DNA of 64,000 bases from contig JAZOAI010000005.1 of assembly GCA_045595365.1 (NCBI GenBank), positions 1,198 through 65,197 of the forward strand. Direction: 5' to 3'. This DNA comes from Eubacteriales bacterium (GTDB taxonomy: Bacteria; Bacillota; Clostridia; Oscillospirales; JAAYXM01). Each line of letters begins with the position of its first letter. Position 1 is the stretch's first letter. The notes under the pieces are model-generated. The model had not been told where the DNA came from. It ran no database searches and was given only the letters and a program-made list of their open reading frames with translations. A program made the position numbers and the translations under genes. This document shows positions 31,937 through 42,347 of this stretch, in pieces.

Positions 31937-34234
31937 TTAAATTGCCTTTACACTGAGATTTCCGTCGTTGACGGTAACTCCGACGGCAGTAATAGTGTTC
32001 TCGTAATTCTCAATTATCAGATTTGCGATAACGTCTTCAAGCTCTTTCTGGATAACACGGCGAAGGTTTCTCGCGCCGTATTTCTGGGAGAAGGATTTTT
32101 CCGCAAGATAATCAATAAGAGAATCGTCAAAATTGAGAGAAATCTGCTTTTCCGAAAGGGAAGCCGAGAGATCCGAAAGCATAATTTTCGCAATCGCCTT
32201 GAAATTGTCGCGTGAAAGCGGGTTGAAGGCAACAATTTCGTCAATTCGGTTTATAAACTCAGGGCGGAGGAAATCGGAAAGCGCCTTCATCGTGCGCTCG
32301 CGATTCTGCTCGGAGGCAGTATGCGAAAAGCCAACTGTCCCGCTTCCTGACTGACTTCCGGCATTTGAGGTCATAACGATAACAACATTTTCAAAGTTGA
32401 CCTCGCGCCCCTGAGCGTCGGTAATCCGCCCGTCATCAAGAACCTGAAGAAGAATGTTCAGTACATCCGGATGTGCCTTTTCAATCTCATCGAACAAAAC
32501 AACGGAATACGGCTTTCTGCGGATTTTTTCCGTAAGCTGGCCTGCTTCGTCATAGCCGACATATCCCGGAGGCGCGCCGATGAGCTTGGACACCGCGTGC
32601 TTTTCCATAAACTCTGACATATCAAGGCGAATGAGAGATTCGGGAGTGTTAAAAAGGTCAGCTGCAAGACACTTGACAAGCTCCGTTTTTCCGACGCCTG
32701 TCGAGCCTGTAAAGAGAAATGATACGGGCTTGCGCTTGGGAGAAATTCCAACTCGGTTTCTCTTAATTGCAGCCGCAACGGCAGCTACAGCCTCATCCTG
32801 GCCGATTATTCTCTCCTTCAGGCGGGCCTCAAGCTCGGATAAACGCTTGAACTCCGTCTCACGGATTGATGATGCGGGGATTTTTGTCCATAACTCAATG
32901 ACCTTTGCGAGGTGCTCTATGGACAGCTCGGGAGTGGGGGTGGAGTCGATCTCAGAGAGCCGCTCAAGAAGCCGACACTCATCGCTTTTGAGATTTGCAA
33001 ACCTCTCAAACGCAGAGTCTGCAGGCTCTGCTGAGAGAGCCTCTCGCTCGGCTTCAATCTCCGAAAGCTTCCGTCTGATTTCGTTCCGCTCGCATATAAG
33101 CGCACTTGTGAGGTTTAAGTCAGAGCAAGCTTCATCTATAAGGTCGATTGCTTTATCCGGAAGAAAACGGTCGGTTATATAACGTTCGGAAAGGATTACA
33201 GCAAGCCGCGCAATTTTGTCGGTTATTTTAACGCCGTGATATTCCTCATAATAATGAGCTATTCCGCGGATAATTTCAACCGCTTCATCAATAGACGGCT
33301 CACTGACAGTAACTGTCTGGAAACGGCGTTCAAGCGCGCTGTCCTTTTCAATATGCTTTCTGTATTCGGTAAAGGTTGTTGCACCGATAACCTGAATTTC
33401 GCCGCGGGAGAGGGCAGGCTTCAGAATGTTTGCTGCATTCATCGAGCCTTCAGCATCGCCCGCGCCTACGAGGTTGTGAACCTCGTCTATAACAAGAATA
33501 ACGTTGCCTTTTTTCTTTATGTCGTCAATAAGCCCCTTCATTCGGCTCTCAAACTGGCCGCGGAACTGCGTTCCCGCAACAAGCGAGGTCAGGTCGAGAA
33601 GATAAATTTCTTTGCCGCGAAGCTTCTCGGGGACATCACCCTCTGCAGTCTTAATAGCAAGGCCCTCTGCAATAGCAGTTTTTCCGACACCCGGCTCTCC
33701 TATAAGGCAGGGGTTGTTCTTCTGGCGTCTGTTGAGAATTTGTATAACTCGCTCAATTTCAGATTCTCTGCCGACTATGCGGTCAAGAGCGCCCGATTTT
33801 GCGCGTTCTGTCAGAGAAATGCAGAAGTTGTCAAGATGCTTGTATTTAGCAGGCTTTTTGTCTGCCTTGTTCGGCTCATGAGCGGATTTTGGCTCACCTG
33901 CGTTTCCGGAAGGCTGCGAGGGCATTGAGCCGAAAAGCTTGTTAAGGAAGGGGAAGGTAGCTGTTTTTCCGTCACTATCATCAGAGTCGTCATCAGAAAT
34001 GGCGGGAAGGTCGTCGGTTTCGCCGTTTAACATCCCCATCATTTCGGTAGTCATGGCATCGAGCTCTTCATCTGATATGCCAAGCTTTGTCATAAAATCA
34101 TCAACGGGCTTGATTCCAAGCTCTCTTGCACACTTAAGACAAATCCCTTCGCTTACGGAATTTTCACCCTCCATTTTAGTGATAAAGATTACAGCAAGGT
34201 TTTTTTTGCATCTGCTGCATAAAGTAGGTTGCAT
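31937..34234 (-). CDS. Clp protease ATP-binding subunit (ClpE/ClpC-like, N-terminal Zn finger)
   Basis: CxxC..CxxC N-terminus; two AAA modules GEPGVGKT and GSTGVGKT; GAPPGYVGY. Confidence 0.93.
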   Translation of the reverse strand: MQPTLCSRCKKNLAVIFITKMEGENSVSEGICLKCARELGIKPVDDFMTKLGISDEELDAMTTEMMGMLNGETDDLPAISDDDSDDSDGKTATFPFLNKLFGSMPSQPSGNAGEPKSAHEPNKADKKPAKYKHLDNFCISLTERAKSGALDRIVGRESEIERVIQILNRRQKNNPCLIGEPGVGKTAIAEGLAIKTAEGDVPEKLRGKEIYLLDLTSLVAGTQFRGQFESRMKGLIDDIKKKGNVILVIDEVHNLVGAGDAEGSMNAANILKPALSRGEIQVIGATTFTEYRKHIEKDSALERRFQTVTVSEPSIDEAVEIIRGIAHYYEEYHGVKITDKIARLAVILSERYITDRFLPDKAIDLIDEACSDLNLTSALICERNEIRRKLSEIEAEREALSAEPADSAFERFANLKSDECRLLERLSEIDSTPTPELSIEHLAKVIELWTKIPASSIRETEFKRLSELEARLKERIIGQDEAVAAVAAAIKRNRVGISPKRKPVSFLFTGSTGVGKTELVKCLAADLFNTPESLIRLDMSEFMEKHAVSKLIGAPPGYVGYDEAGQLTEKIRRKPYSVVLFDEIEKAHPDVLNILLQVLDDGRITDAQGREVNFENVVIVMTSNAGSQSGSGTVGFSHTASEQNRERTMKALSDFLRPEFINRIDEIVAFNPLSRDNFKAIAKIMLSDLSASLSEKQISLNFDDSLIDYLAEKSFSQKYGARNLRRVIQKELEDVIANLIIENYENTITAVGVTVNDGNLSVKAI

Positions 34235-34261
34235 AGTAAAGTACCAGTCCTTTTTTTAAGA

Positions 34262-34810
34262 TTAAAACGATGTGGTATCGTGTGTTTTTTTGAATTTACA
34301 GTATTGATAGAGATAGCTAAAAAATGCGAGGAAAGAAAGGATAACGGCGATACATGCAAAAATTGTCTTTGCAGTTTCGGGAAGTATGTTTTCAAAGAGA
34401 AGAATTGCACAACCGCCTGTGACGAGAAAGACCGTTGCAAGCTTTCCGAGAATATTTGACTTAAACACTGCGGACATTTCGCGATAAAGCGTCACACCGC
34501 CGAGAACAAGAAGGAGATCCTTTGCAAAAATCAAGGCGATTGTCCACCAGGGGATTAGCCCGACAACCGTAATACAAACAAAGACTGTTATAGTCATCAT
34601 TTTATCAGCGAGCGGGTCAAGGATTTTGCCGAGCTTTGTAATCAGATTGAATTTTCGCGCAATTACGCCATCTAAAACGTCTGTTATTCCGGCAACGGCA
34701 TATATACACGCGGCAAGAGAGTGAGCATGGGGAAGCTCTGAGAAAAAGAACGCGATGAAAACCGGAACAAGACACATTCGGATGATTGAAAGAAGATTAG
34801 GTAGATTCAT
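34262..34810 (-). CDS. pgsA: CDP-alcohol phosphatidyltransferase (PgsA-like)
   Basis: PNLLS..R, DVLDGVIARK..T.LGKILDPLADK. Confidence 0.85.
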   Translation of the reverse strand: MNLPNLLSIIRMCLVPVFIAFFFSELPHAHSLAACIYAVAGITDVLDGVIARKFNLITKLGKILDPLADKMMTITVFVCITVVGLIPWWTIALIFAKDLLLVLGGVTLYREMSAVFKSNILGKLATVFLVTGGCAILLFENILPETAKTIFACIAVILSFLAFFSYLYQYCKFKKTHDTTSF

Positions 34811-34846
34811 GAGTTTGATACTTCCTTATATAAATAATATTCTGCG

Positions 34847-35524
34847 TTATTTTATGAAAAATGCAAAGGGTGAAAAAGAAGTTAAAAAGCGGAGAACAGA
34901 GGTTTCAGAAAGGATATCGCTTGTCAGATATATTCCCGACTTAATAAGAATAAAAGAAAGCACATTAACTATAAGATAACCGAAAACAAGCCCGAGAATA
35001 AGCCCGAGGGCCTTGTTAATCAGATTGATTCCGGGGAGTTTAGCCGCGAGATTAATAAGTCTCAGCAGAAGCTTGAGAAGTATAAGCGAGACAACAAAAA
35101 ATACAACAAACAAAATCGCGTGTGTAATTTTATAGGCAACGGTTTGAGTCATCGCATTTATTGGCTCAATAATGCTTTGTGAAAGGGTTTTTGAAATGTC
35201 TTTAGCAGCATCCGAAACTATGCCTTCGGGAATCCCGATGTCGGAAAAAAGCTCCGCTAAACGGTCGGGAGTTTCAGCGCTTGAAGTTTCTTGTGAGGCT
35301 TCTGCTTCTTCCTCAACGGCACGGTTCAGATAAGGAACAACGTATTTTTCCGATACGATAGGCGTTGCGGCATTTGACAGCGCACCTGCAAGGAGAAAGG
35401 CAAGAATCAGCGCGAGAATGCCTGAAACTGTTTTTATAAGGCCACGCCGCCTGCCGATGAGCGCAGATATAAGCAAGAGCGCAACTGTAAGCGTGTCAAT
35501 CATCAAAGTATGAGGCAAATTCAT
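34847..35524 (-). CDS. CvpA family membrane protein
   Basis: GRRRGLIK, INKALGLILGL pattern. Confidence 0.75.
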   Translation of the reverse strand: MNLPHTLMIDTLTVALLLISALIGRRRGLIKTVSGILALILAFLLAGALSNAATPIVSEKYVVPYLNRAVEEEAEASQETSSAETPDRLAELFSDIGIPEGIVSDAAKDISKTLSQSIIEPINAMTQTVAYKITHAILFVVFFVVSLILLKLLLRLINLAAKLPGINLINKALGLILGLVFGYLIVNVLSFILIKSGIYLTSDILSETSVLRFLTSFSPFAFFIK

Positions 35525-35545
35525 AAGCGGAAACCTCCCGGATTT

Positions 35546-36703
35546 TTATTTGACGTATAATGTTGCGAAATTATCGGATATGGATAATACGGAGCCGTCA
35601 GAGTTTACAATGCAGCGCGAAATATCTGCAGTAATCTTAAATTCGCAGTGAAGCGATAAGTCGCTCTTATATACAACGCACTTATCGGAGAACTGGAGCG
35701 CCGTGAAATTGCCTGCGCTTGATATGGAATAGATGTCCTCGTCAAAGTCGAGCGGCTCAGAAATCTCGCCGTTATCGCTTAAAAATACTACACGCGTGTT
35801 CCCGCCGTTGCCATAGTTATCAAGAAGAATGGCGGTGTGCTTGCCATAGGACTCTGAAAATGCTTTTACTGTGAGCGTCTCGTGAGAAAACTCGGAAATA
35901 ATTCCGCCATCGCTGCCAAAAAGGAGAGTCCTGTCATCGCAGATGAGAAGAATTTTTCTGTCCGAGTGATAAGACACACGTAAGGGAACAGAACCACCGA
36001 GAGAGTGTGTCGCATAGAAACCCTCAGAGTCTGTCTTGCAAAGCGAAAGCGCGCTTTGGAACTGGCCGTTTTCAGTCCCGTAGGTAACGATTGCCGAAGC
36101 CTTTCCGTTTGGTGAAATTGCCGCATCAAAAATGTATTTTTCAGAAGAATGGAATTTGTAAATCGGCTTGAATGAAGAATTATATATCGTAACGAGAGAT
36201 TTAGCATCGTCGCTGTCAGTAACAATCGAAAAATCTCCTGATTTATTCATATTTGCATTTACTATTTTTGATTCGGCAGAAGAGGAGAATAACACCTTTT
36301 TGTTATTTGCAACATAGAAGTTTAAGCCCCCGAGGTCATATGCAAGAAACCGCGATGGAGAAGAAGAAACTGCCGGGTTGCGGAGAAGAACCGGGGAGGA
36401 GAGTGAGCTTTTTCCTGAGAGCTTATACGAGGAAAGCTCGTCGGGAGATACAATGCAGAGGTTTCCTGAAATAAGAGTGAATCTGTTATATTCGTTGGCG
36501 TCAAAGCTAACTGAAGCCTCTGTGGCGTCGCCCCTCACTCCGCTGAAAATCCAATAAGCGAAGCGGCGGATTGAGCCCGAGGTGAATTGGTTGTTTAAAA
36601 ATATAATTGTGCAGACAAAGAGGAGAACGGTTGCAAAGATTGCAAAGCGCCCTGAAAGATGCTTTTTGTTTTTTCTCTTTGGTGCCATAGGATTTTCCTC
36701 CAT
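35546..36703 (-). CDS. Membrane-anchored beta-propeller protein (DUF5711-like)
   Basis: N-terminal TM, YDLGG, AAISPNG repeats; synteny with cvpA. Confidence 0.6.
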   Translation of the reverse strand: MEENPMAPKRKNKKHLSGRFAIFATVLLFVCTIIFLNNQFTSGSIRRFAYWIFSGVRGDATEASVSFDANEYNRFTLISGNLCIVSPDELSSYKLSGKSSLSSPVLLRNPAVSSSPSRFLAYDLGGLNFYVANNKKVLFSSSAESKIVNANMNKSGDFSIVTDSDDAKSLVTIYNSSFKPIYKFHSSEKYIFDAAISPNGKASAIVTYGTENGQFQSALSLCKTDSEGFYATHSLGGSVPLRVSYHSDRKILLICDDRTLLFGSDGGIISEFSHETLTVKAFSESYGKHTAILLDNYGNGGNTRVVFLSDNGEISEPLDFDEDIYSISSAGNFTALQFSDKCVVYKSDLSLHCEFKITADISRCIVNSDGSVLSISDNFATLYVK

Positions 36704-36720
36704 AAAAATGCGGATTGTAA

Positions 36721-37482
36721 TTAAAACGACAAGCCGAAATGAGTGGGGTATTCAACACGGGTCATATAAAGCCCGTGAGCGGGAGCTGTTGCGCCCGCTC
36801 GCGCGCGGTCGCCAGATTTGAGAATGTCGGAAATCGAGTCTGCAGGAATCTTTCCTGACGAAACATCAAGAAGGGTTCCGACAATCGCGCGCGCCATATT
36901 ATACAAAAAACCATTTGCGGAGATTCGTATCGCGGTGATATTGTCGTTTTGTGAAACCTCACACGCGAAAATTGTGCGAACAGTTGATTTCACCGGTGTT
37001 CCAAGGCTCCTCACGGCGGAGAAGTCGTGGGTGCCCACAAACTGCTCTGCTGCCTTTTGCATAAGCTCAAGGTTTAAAGGCAGGCGGTTGTGGAGTGCCC
37101 GCCCCTCAAGAAATGGGTCGCGTACGGGGGAAGTGTATATGTAGTAAGTATATTCTTTTTCGATGCAGGAGTGAACGGGGTGAAAGTCGGAAGGGACCAA
37201 GAACGCGCGCCTTACCGAAATGTCCGGCGGCAGAAAGGCGTTAATGCCGAAAGGGATTTTGTCGAGCGGGATTCCGGAATCGGTCCGAAGAGATGCAAAA
37301 TAGTTTTTTGCATGAACCCCCGTATCCGTTCGGCCACAGCCGACGACCTTTATATTCTCATTAAAAAGGCTTGTTGCGGCAGCATTAAGAGTGTCCTGAA
37401 TGCTCTTTGAGTTTGCCTGGCTCTGCCAGCCGTGGTAGCCTTGTCCGTCATAGGACAGGAGAAGCGCAATGCTTTTCGTCAT
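36721..37482 (-). CDS. truA: tRNA pseudouridine(38-40) synthase
   Basis: YDG..YHGWQ, GRTDTGVHA, GFLYNMAR. Confidence 0.97.
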   Translation of the reverse strand: MTKSIALLLSYDGQGYHGWQSQANSKSIQDTLNAAATSLFNENIKVVGCGRTDTGVHAKNYFASLRTDSGIPLDKIPFGINAFLPPDISVRRAFLVPSDFHPVHSCIEKEYTYYIYTSPVRDPFLEGRALHNRLPLNLELMQKAAEQFVGTHDFSAVRSLGTPVKSTVRTIFACEVSQNDNITAIRISANGFLYNMARAIVGTLLDVSSGKIPADSISDILKSGDRARAGATAPAHGLYMTRVEYPTHFGLSF

Positions 37483-38303
37483 ATCAAAACACCTGCTTTG
37501 AGTGTATGAGAAAGAAATACCGATAATGCGAAAATGAATACAGACACGATAAGAGCGGCATAGTCGAGTGATGCAAACTTCAGCTCACGGAGACTTGTGC
37601 GCCCCTCGCCGCCGTGATAGCAACGGCATTCCATAGCAAGAGCAAGGTCCTCTGCACGGCGGAAAGCATTGATGAAAAGCGGGATAAGAACTGGGATGAG
37701 AGCCCTTGCACGGCTGATTATTCCGCCTGTTTCAAAGCTTGCGCCGCGGGATTTCTGGGCAGACATTATTTTGTCTGTTTCATCTATGAGAGTAGGAATA
37801 AAACGAAGCGCAATCGACATCATCATCGAAAGTTCGTGAACCGGAAACTTCACGCGCTTTAAAGGCGTGAGAAGTTCTTCAAGCCCATCTGTCAGCATAA
37901 TGGGAGATGTTGTATATGAGAGCATAACGAATGTCCCGACAACCAGAAGAACTATCCTGAAAACCATAAAAAGCGCAGTGAAAAGCCCGCCTGAAGTGAT
38001 TGTTATGAACTTGAAACTCAGAAGAACCTTTCCTTCGGTAGTATAAAAAACATTGAGAATTGCCGTAAAAACGAGAAGAATAAGAATCGGCCTAAGGCTT
38101 TTAAAAATCAGCCTGAAATCTATTTTTGTCATAAAAACGACAGCTAAAAGAAAAAGCGACATAATGAGATAAGGAAAAATTCCACGGCAAAGAAAGAGCG
38201 TGATTATGAAAAGAACGGTGATAATAAGCTTGGTTCTGGGGTCGAGCCTGTGGACGAGGCTGTTTCCCGGGAAATACTGACCGAGAGCAACATCCTTAAT
38301 CAT
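37479..38303 (-). CDS. ecfT: ECF transporter transmembrane component
   Basis: HRLDPRTK, ALRFIPTL, AQKSRG, AMECRCY. Confidence 0.95.
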   Translation of the reverse strand: MIKDVALGQYFPGNSLVHRLDPRTKLIITVLFIITLFLCRGIFPYLIMSLFLLAVVFMTKIDFRLIFKSLRPILILLVFTAILNVFYTTEGKVLLSFKFITITSGGLFTALFMVFRIVLLVVGTFVMLSYTTSPIMLTDGLEELLTPLKRVKFPVHELSMMMSIALRFIPTLIDETDKIMSAQKSRGASFETGGIISRARALIPVLIPLFINAFRRAEDLALAMECRCYHGGEGRTSLRELKFASLDYAALIVSVFIFALSVFLSHTLKAGVLI

Positions 38304-39159
38304 TGTGCGCACCTCCAAGCGAGAGAATTGCAGAAACCGCCTGGTCTACAGTATAAATAGCTTCGGGAAGCTGGATATTGCGGCTTCTTAAAGCGTTTGC
38401 TATATGAGTGATCTGAGGAAGGTCAAGCCCTGCCGAGATAAGCTTCTCGGAATGAGAAAAAACTTCATCGGGAGCACCTGAGAGCATAATGGAGCCGTCT
38501 TTCATAACGATGAGCCTGTCGGCGAGGGAAGCAATGTCTTCCATACTGTGAGATACTATTATAACGGCGGCTTGCATCTCGTCGCGGTATATCCGCAGAG
38601 CATTGAGAAGGTCCTCTCTTCCGAGCGGGTCAAGCCCGGCAGTCGGCTCATCGAGAATAAGAACCTTCGGACGCATGGCAATAACGCCCGCTATAGCAAC
38701 GCGCCGCTTCTGCCCGCCTGAAAGCTCAAAGGGGGAGAGGGGCAAAAGAGCTTCGTCAAGCCCGGCAAAGCGCGCCGCCTCGCGCACACGCTCATCAATC
38801 TCGGATTCAGAAAGCCCCATATTTTTCGGGCCAAAGGAAATATCCTTATAAACCGTTTCTTCAAAGAGCTGATATTCGGGATACTGAAGGACAAGCCCAA
38901 CCTTAAAACGGATGCTGTGAGTAAACTCACGGGATTTGAAGATGTCCTCGCCTTCGTAGAGAATAGAGCCGGATGACGGCTTTATAAGGCCGTTCAAGTG
39001 AGAAATCAGCGTCGATTTCCCCGAGCCCGTATGGCCGATAACGCCGAGCGTTTCGCCGGCGTAAATGTCAAGGTCTATATTATTTATCGCAGCACATTCA
39101 AACGGAGTTTTAGGGCTGTATATATGAGAAAGGCCGCGTATGCTCATAATCGGGTTCAC
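38296..39159 (-). CDS. ecfA2: ECF transporter ATPase A2 (start approximate)
   Basis: GHTGSGKS, QYPEYQLFEE, SPFELSGGQKRR. Confidence 0.95.
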   Translation of the reverse strand: MNPIMSIRGLSHIYSPKTPFECAAINNIDLDIYAGETLGVIGHTGSGKSTLISHLNGLIKPSSGSILYEGEDIFKSREFTHSIRFKVGLVLQYPEYQLFEETVYKDISFGPKNMGLSESEIDERVREAARFAGLDEALLPLSPFELSGGQKRRVAIAGVIAMRPKVLILDEPTAGLDPLGREDLLNALRIYRDEMQAAVIIVSHSMEDIASLADRLIVMKDGSIMLSGAPDEVFSHSEKLISAGLDLPQITHIANALRSRNIQLPEAIYTVDQAVSAILSLGGAHND

Positions 39160-39180
39160 AGTCTGAGACACCTCCGAAAG

Positions 39181-40023
39181 CTAACTAAGACTTTTGAAAA
39201 TTGCGTCGACACATTCATCAACCGTGATGTTGTCGAGCGGGATAGAAAAACCGTTTTTGTTAAGCTCGCTCAGAAGCTCAACGGTCTGAGGAACGTCAAG
39301 GCTAAGCGAATGTAGCTTTTCAATGTTTGGGAAAATTTCGCGGGGAGTTCCCTCCATAACAATCTTCCCGTTATCCATAACTATGATTCTGTCGGCGGAA
39401 ACCGCTTCGTTCATATGGTGAGTTATAAGAACTACGGTAATTCCGTGATTCTTGTTAAGGTCGTCGATAATTGATAAAACATCGCGGCGACCAATGGGGT
39501 CAAGCATCGCAGTCGGCTCGTCCAAAACTATGCAGCGCGGGCGCATGGCAATTACGCCTGCAATCGCGATGCGCTGCTTTTGGCCTCCCGAGAGAAGATG
39601 CGGCGCATGCTCGCGGTATTCATACATTCCAACGGTTTTTAAGGCATCGTCGACACGCCGGCGGATTTCCTCTCGCGAAAATCCTAAGTTTTCGGGCCCG
39701 AAGGCAACGTCTTCTTCTGTTATTGTTGCAACGATCTGATTGTCGGGATTCTGAAACACCATTCCGCAGGTGCGGCGGATTTCAAGGAGAAGCGCCTCAT
39801 CAAGCGTGTCCATCCCGTCAACGTAGACCTTGCCGCCGCAGGGGAGAAGAACTGCGTTAAAATGCTTTGCAAGTGACGACTTCCCCGAGCCGTTTCGCCC
39901 GAGGATAACGAGATACTCGCCCTCTTTGACGGAGATGCTCACTTCGGAAAGAGCAGTGTTTGGGATGTCGCCGTCGAGGTTATATTTGAATGTAAGGTTT
40001 TGAGATTTTATAATTTCATTCAT
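39181..40023 (-). CDS. ecfA1: ECF transporter ATPase A1
   Basis: [23 protein letters not shown]. Confidence 0.95.
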   Translation of the reverse strand: MNEIIKSQNLTFKYNLDGDIPNTALSEVSISVKEGEYLVILGRNGSGKSSLAKHFNAVLLPCGGKVYVDGMDTLDEALLLEIRRTCGMVFQNPDNQIVATITEEDVAFGPENLGFSREEIRRRVDDALKTVGMYEYREHAPHLLSGGQKQRIAIAGVIAMRPRCIVLDEPTAMLDPIGRRDVLSIIDDLNKNHGITVVLITHHMNEAVSADRIIVMDNGKIVMEGTPREIFPNIEKLHSLSLDVPQTVELLSELNKNGFSIPLDNITVDECVDAIFKSLS

Positions 40024-40046
40024 TTTCAAGACTCCCGAGATTTATG

Positions 40047-40910
40047 CTAAACTGCAGACCACCGCATGGCGCTTCCGGCGGGAAGGAAAAGGCCTGTTTC
40101 CTCAACCTCAAGCCCAAGCTCGTCACACTCGCTCCTGCCGCCATAGGTGCTTGTGAAAATCATATCCGAGATATATCTTAAAACTGACGGGGCAAGCCCT
40201 GTCGTGTAAGAACTTATGAGAACAAAGAGTGGCGAATCGGAGAGAACGCCCGAGCAGAGCTTGACAAAATCAAAGAGATTGTTTTCAAGCTTCCATATTT
40301 CGCCGGTAGGCCCGCGGCCATATGAGGGAGGGTCCATTATAATGGCGTCGTATTTTCTGCCGCGTCTGATTTCGCGCTCAACAAATTTTGCACAGTCATC
40401 AACTATCCAACGAATCGGGGCATCGGAAAGCCCGGATGAAGCTGCGTTTTCTCTTGCCCAGGCAACCATCCCGCGAGCCGCGTCAACATGGCAGACTGAG
40501 GCGCCCGCAGAGGAGGCGGCAATAGTAGCAGCCCCTGTGTAGGCAAAGAGATTTAAAACATTTATCGGGCGGCCTGCCGCTCTGATTTTTTCTCTTATAA
40601 AGTCCCAGTTTGAAGCCTGTTCGGGAAAGATTCCGGTATGCTTGAAGTTCATCGGCTTAAGGTTAAATGTGAGGTCTTTATACGAAATCTGCCACGAAGC
40701 GGGAAGGTTTCTGTTGGTCCAGCTTCCTCCTCCGGTTGAGGATCGGGAATAAAGTGCGTCATATTTCTGCCAACGCGGGTTTTTGCGCGGAGAAGTCCAG
40801 ATAGCCTGGGGCTCGGGGCGAACAAGAAAATAGTCTCCCCAGCGCTCGAGCTTTTCGCCGCTTCCGCAATCTATTACACTGTAATCGTCAAAGTTTTTTG
40901 CAATCCACAT
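40047..40910 (-). CDS. Class I SAM-dependent methyltransferase (RlmI/RlmK-like)
   Basis: KHTGIFPEQ, LNLFAYTG, DPPSYGRG. Confidence 0.9.
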   Translation of the reverse strand: MWIAKNFDDYSVIDCGSGEKLERWGDYFLVRPEPQAIWTSPRKNPRWQKYDALYSRSSTGGGSWTNRNLPASWQISYKDLTFNLKPMNFKHTGIFPEQASNWDFIREKIRAAGRPINVLNLFAYTGAATIAASSAGASVCHVDAARGMVAWARENAASSGLSDAPIRWIVDDCAKFVEREIRRGRKYDAIIMDPPSYGRGPTGEIWKLENNLFDFVKLCSGVLSDSPLFVLISSYTTGLAPSVLRYISDMIFTSTYGGRSECDELGLEVEETGLFLPAGSAMRWSAV

Positions 40911-40945
40911 AGCGTTTCGTTCCTTAAATTTACATTTGATATTTT

Positions 40946-40974
40946 ATCATACCACAAAAAAGCCAAAAGGTCAA
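40946..40974 (-). promoter_or_regulatory. sigma-A promoter of methyltransferase-ecf-truA operon
   Basis: Minus strand TTGACC-17 bp-TATGAT with extended TG. Confidence 0.75.
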
Positions 40975-41058
40975 TGAAACAAAGGCTTTTTTAAGCTGTC
41001 ATATTTGACTTTTTTATGAAATAAATATTAATAAAAAGATTTGAAAGGAAAGATTGAT

Positions 41059-41565
41059 ATGGTTGTATTTACGGCAAAGCTTACAAGAAGAAAATTTGTA
41101 TCGGGAATTCTCGCAATCTGCATAATCGTATGCTCTGTGATTGCGGTTATAGGTAATTCCCGCGAGGACGGGGCAATTTCCGTTTCTGACGAAAACCCGT
41201 CAATTCATGACGGCAGAGAAGTGAAGGGGAACGAAGATAGGATTGCGCTGCTCCGGGAGTGTGGCTGGGAGGTTGACAACGAGCCGATAGAATTTATTGA
41301 GGTCAGAATTCCCGAGGAATTCGACGGGGTTTATACGGAGTATAACGAGATACAAAAGCGTCAGGATATGGATTTGTCAAAATACGCAGGGAAAAGAGCG
41401 ATGCGGTATACATATAAGGTCAACAATCATCCGAGCGGAGAGCAGGGAATCGTTGCGAATCTGATTCTCTATAAAGACAAGCTTATCGGTGCAGATGTTT
41501 CATCTCCGAAGCTCGGAGGATTTATGCACGGGCTTTTGGAAGCCTCGGAGAGTGAAAAAGAATAA
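41059..41565 (+). CDS. DUF4830 domain protein
   Basis: N-terminal TM, GWEV, IPEEFD.VY..YN.IQK.Q..DL..Y.GK, IGADV. Confidence 0.8.
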   Translation: MVVFTAKLTRRKFVSGILAICIIVCSVIAVIGNSREDGAISVSDENPSIHDGREVKGNEDRIALLRECGWEVDNEPIEFIEVRIPEEFDGVYTEYNEIQKRQDMDLSKYAGKRAMRYTYKVNNHPSGEQGIVANLILYKDKLIGADVSSPKLGGFMHGLLEASESEKE

Positions 41566-41627
41566 TATTGCAATAAATGACTGTCTTGGTGTATAATACA
41601 GATAGAAAGATATAGCGATAGGAGAAA

Positions 41628-41900
41628 ATGCAAATGAAGATAAAAGATGGGTTTGTTCTCAGGAAGGTTCTTGGAGACGCGATTGTTGTCGCGGAAGGGG
41701 AGATGAGCAAAAGCTTTCACGGTATGATTAAGCTCAACGAGTCTGCAGCGGATATATGGGAGTGGATTTCCAAGGGCAAGAGCGAAGCTGAGATTTCAGA
41801 GCTTCTTTCCGGAAAATATGAGCTCACCGAAGAAAAAGCAAAAGCTGACACCTCTGCTATGATTGAAAAAATGCTCAGTGAGGGGCTTTTGGAGAAATGA
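41628..41900 (+). CDS. PqqD family (RRE-like) protein
   Basis: FVLRKV, LNESAADIWE, ~90 aa winged-helix pattern. Confidence 0.85.
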   Translation: MQMKIKDGFVLRKVLGDAIVVAEGEMSKSFHGMIKLNESAADIWEWISKGKSEAEISELLSGKYELTEEKAKADTSAMIEKMLSEGLLEK

Positions 41901-42328
41901 ATGAGAGAAGCTTAGAACAGGTTCTTGCAGCAGAGGGGAAGCTTGTCTGCACAACCTCAGGCATAAGCATGAAGCCTCTTTTTGCGGACAGGCGCGACAC
42001 CGTTGTGATTCTTCCTAAAAACGGCCGTCTCAAAAAATACGATGTTCCCTTGTATCGCCGTGGTGATGAATATGTTCTTCACCGCGTTATAGAGGTTCTC
42101 CCTGATTCGTATATAATCCGTGGTGACAACTGCGAGGCAAAGGAATATGACATCCGCGATGAAGACGTTCTCGGCGTTTTAAGTGCTTTTTACCGCAAGA
42201 ATAAATATTTTGAAGTGGAAAATCTTTTATACCGCATATATTCTGTGATGATTGTTGCGGTATTTCCCTTTCTCAGCCTCTTTCGCCGCACGAAATGGAA
42301 ATTTGCCCGAATTTTAAAAAAGAGATAG
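41897..42328 (+). CDS. S24/S26 family peptidase
   Basis: G.SMKP, YVLHRV, RGDN motifs; ATGA overlap with PqqD gene. Confidence 0.85.
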   Translation: MNERSLEQVLAAEGKLVCTTSGISMKPLFADRRDTVVILPKNGRLKKYDVPLYRRGDEYVLHRVIEVLPDSYIIRGDNCEAKEYDIRDEDVLGVLSAFYRKNKYFEVENLLYRIYSVMIVAVFPFLSLFRRTKWKFARILKKR

Positions 42329-42347
42329 GATTTCAAGGGGATTTACT

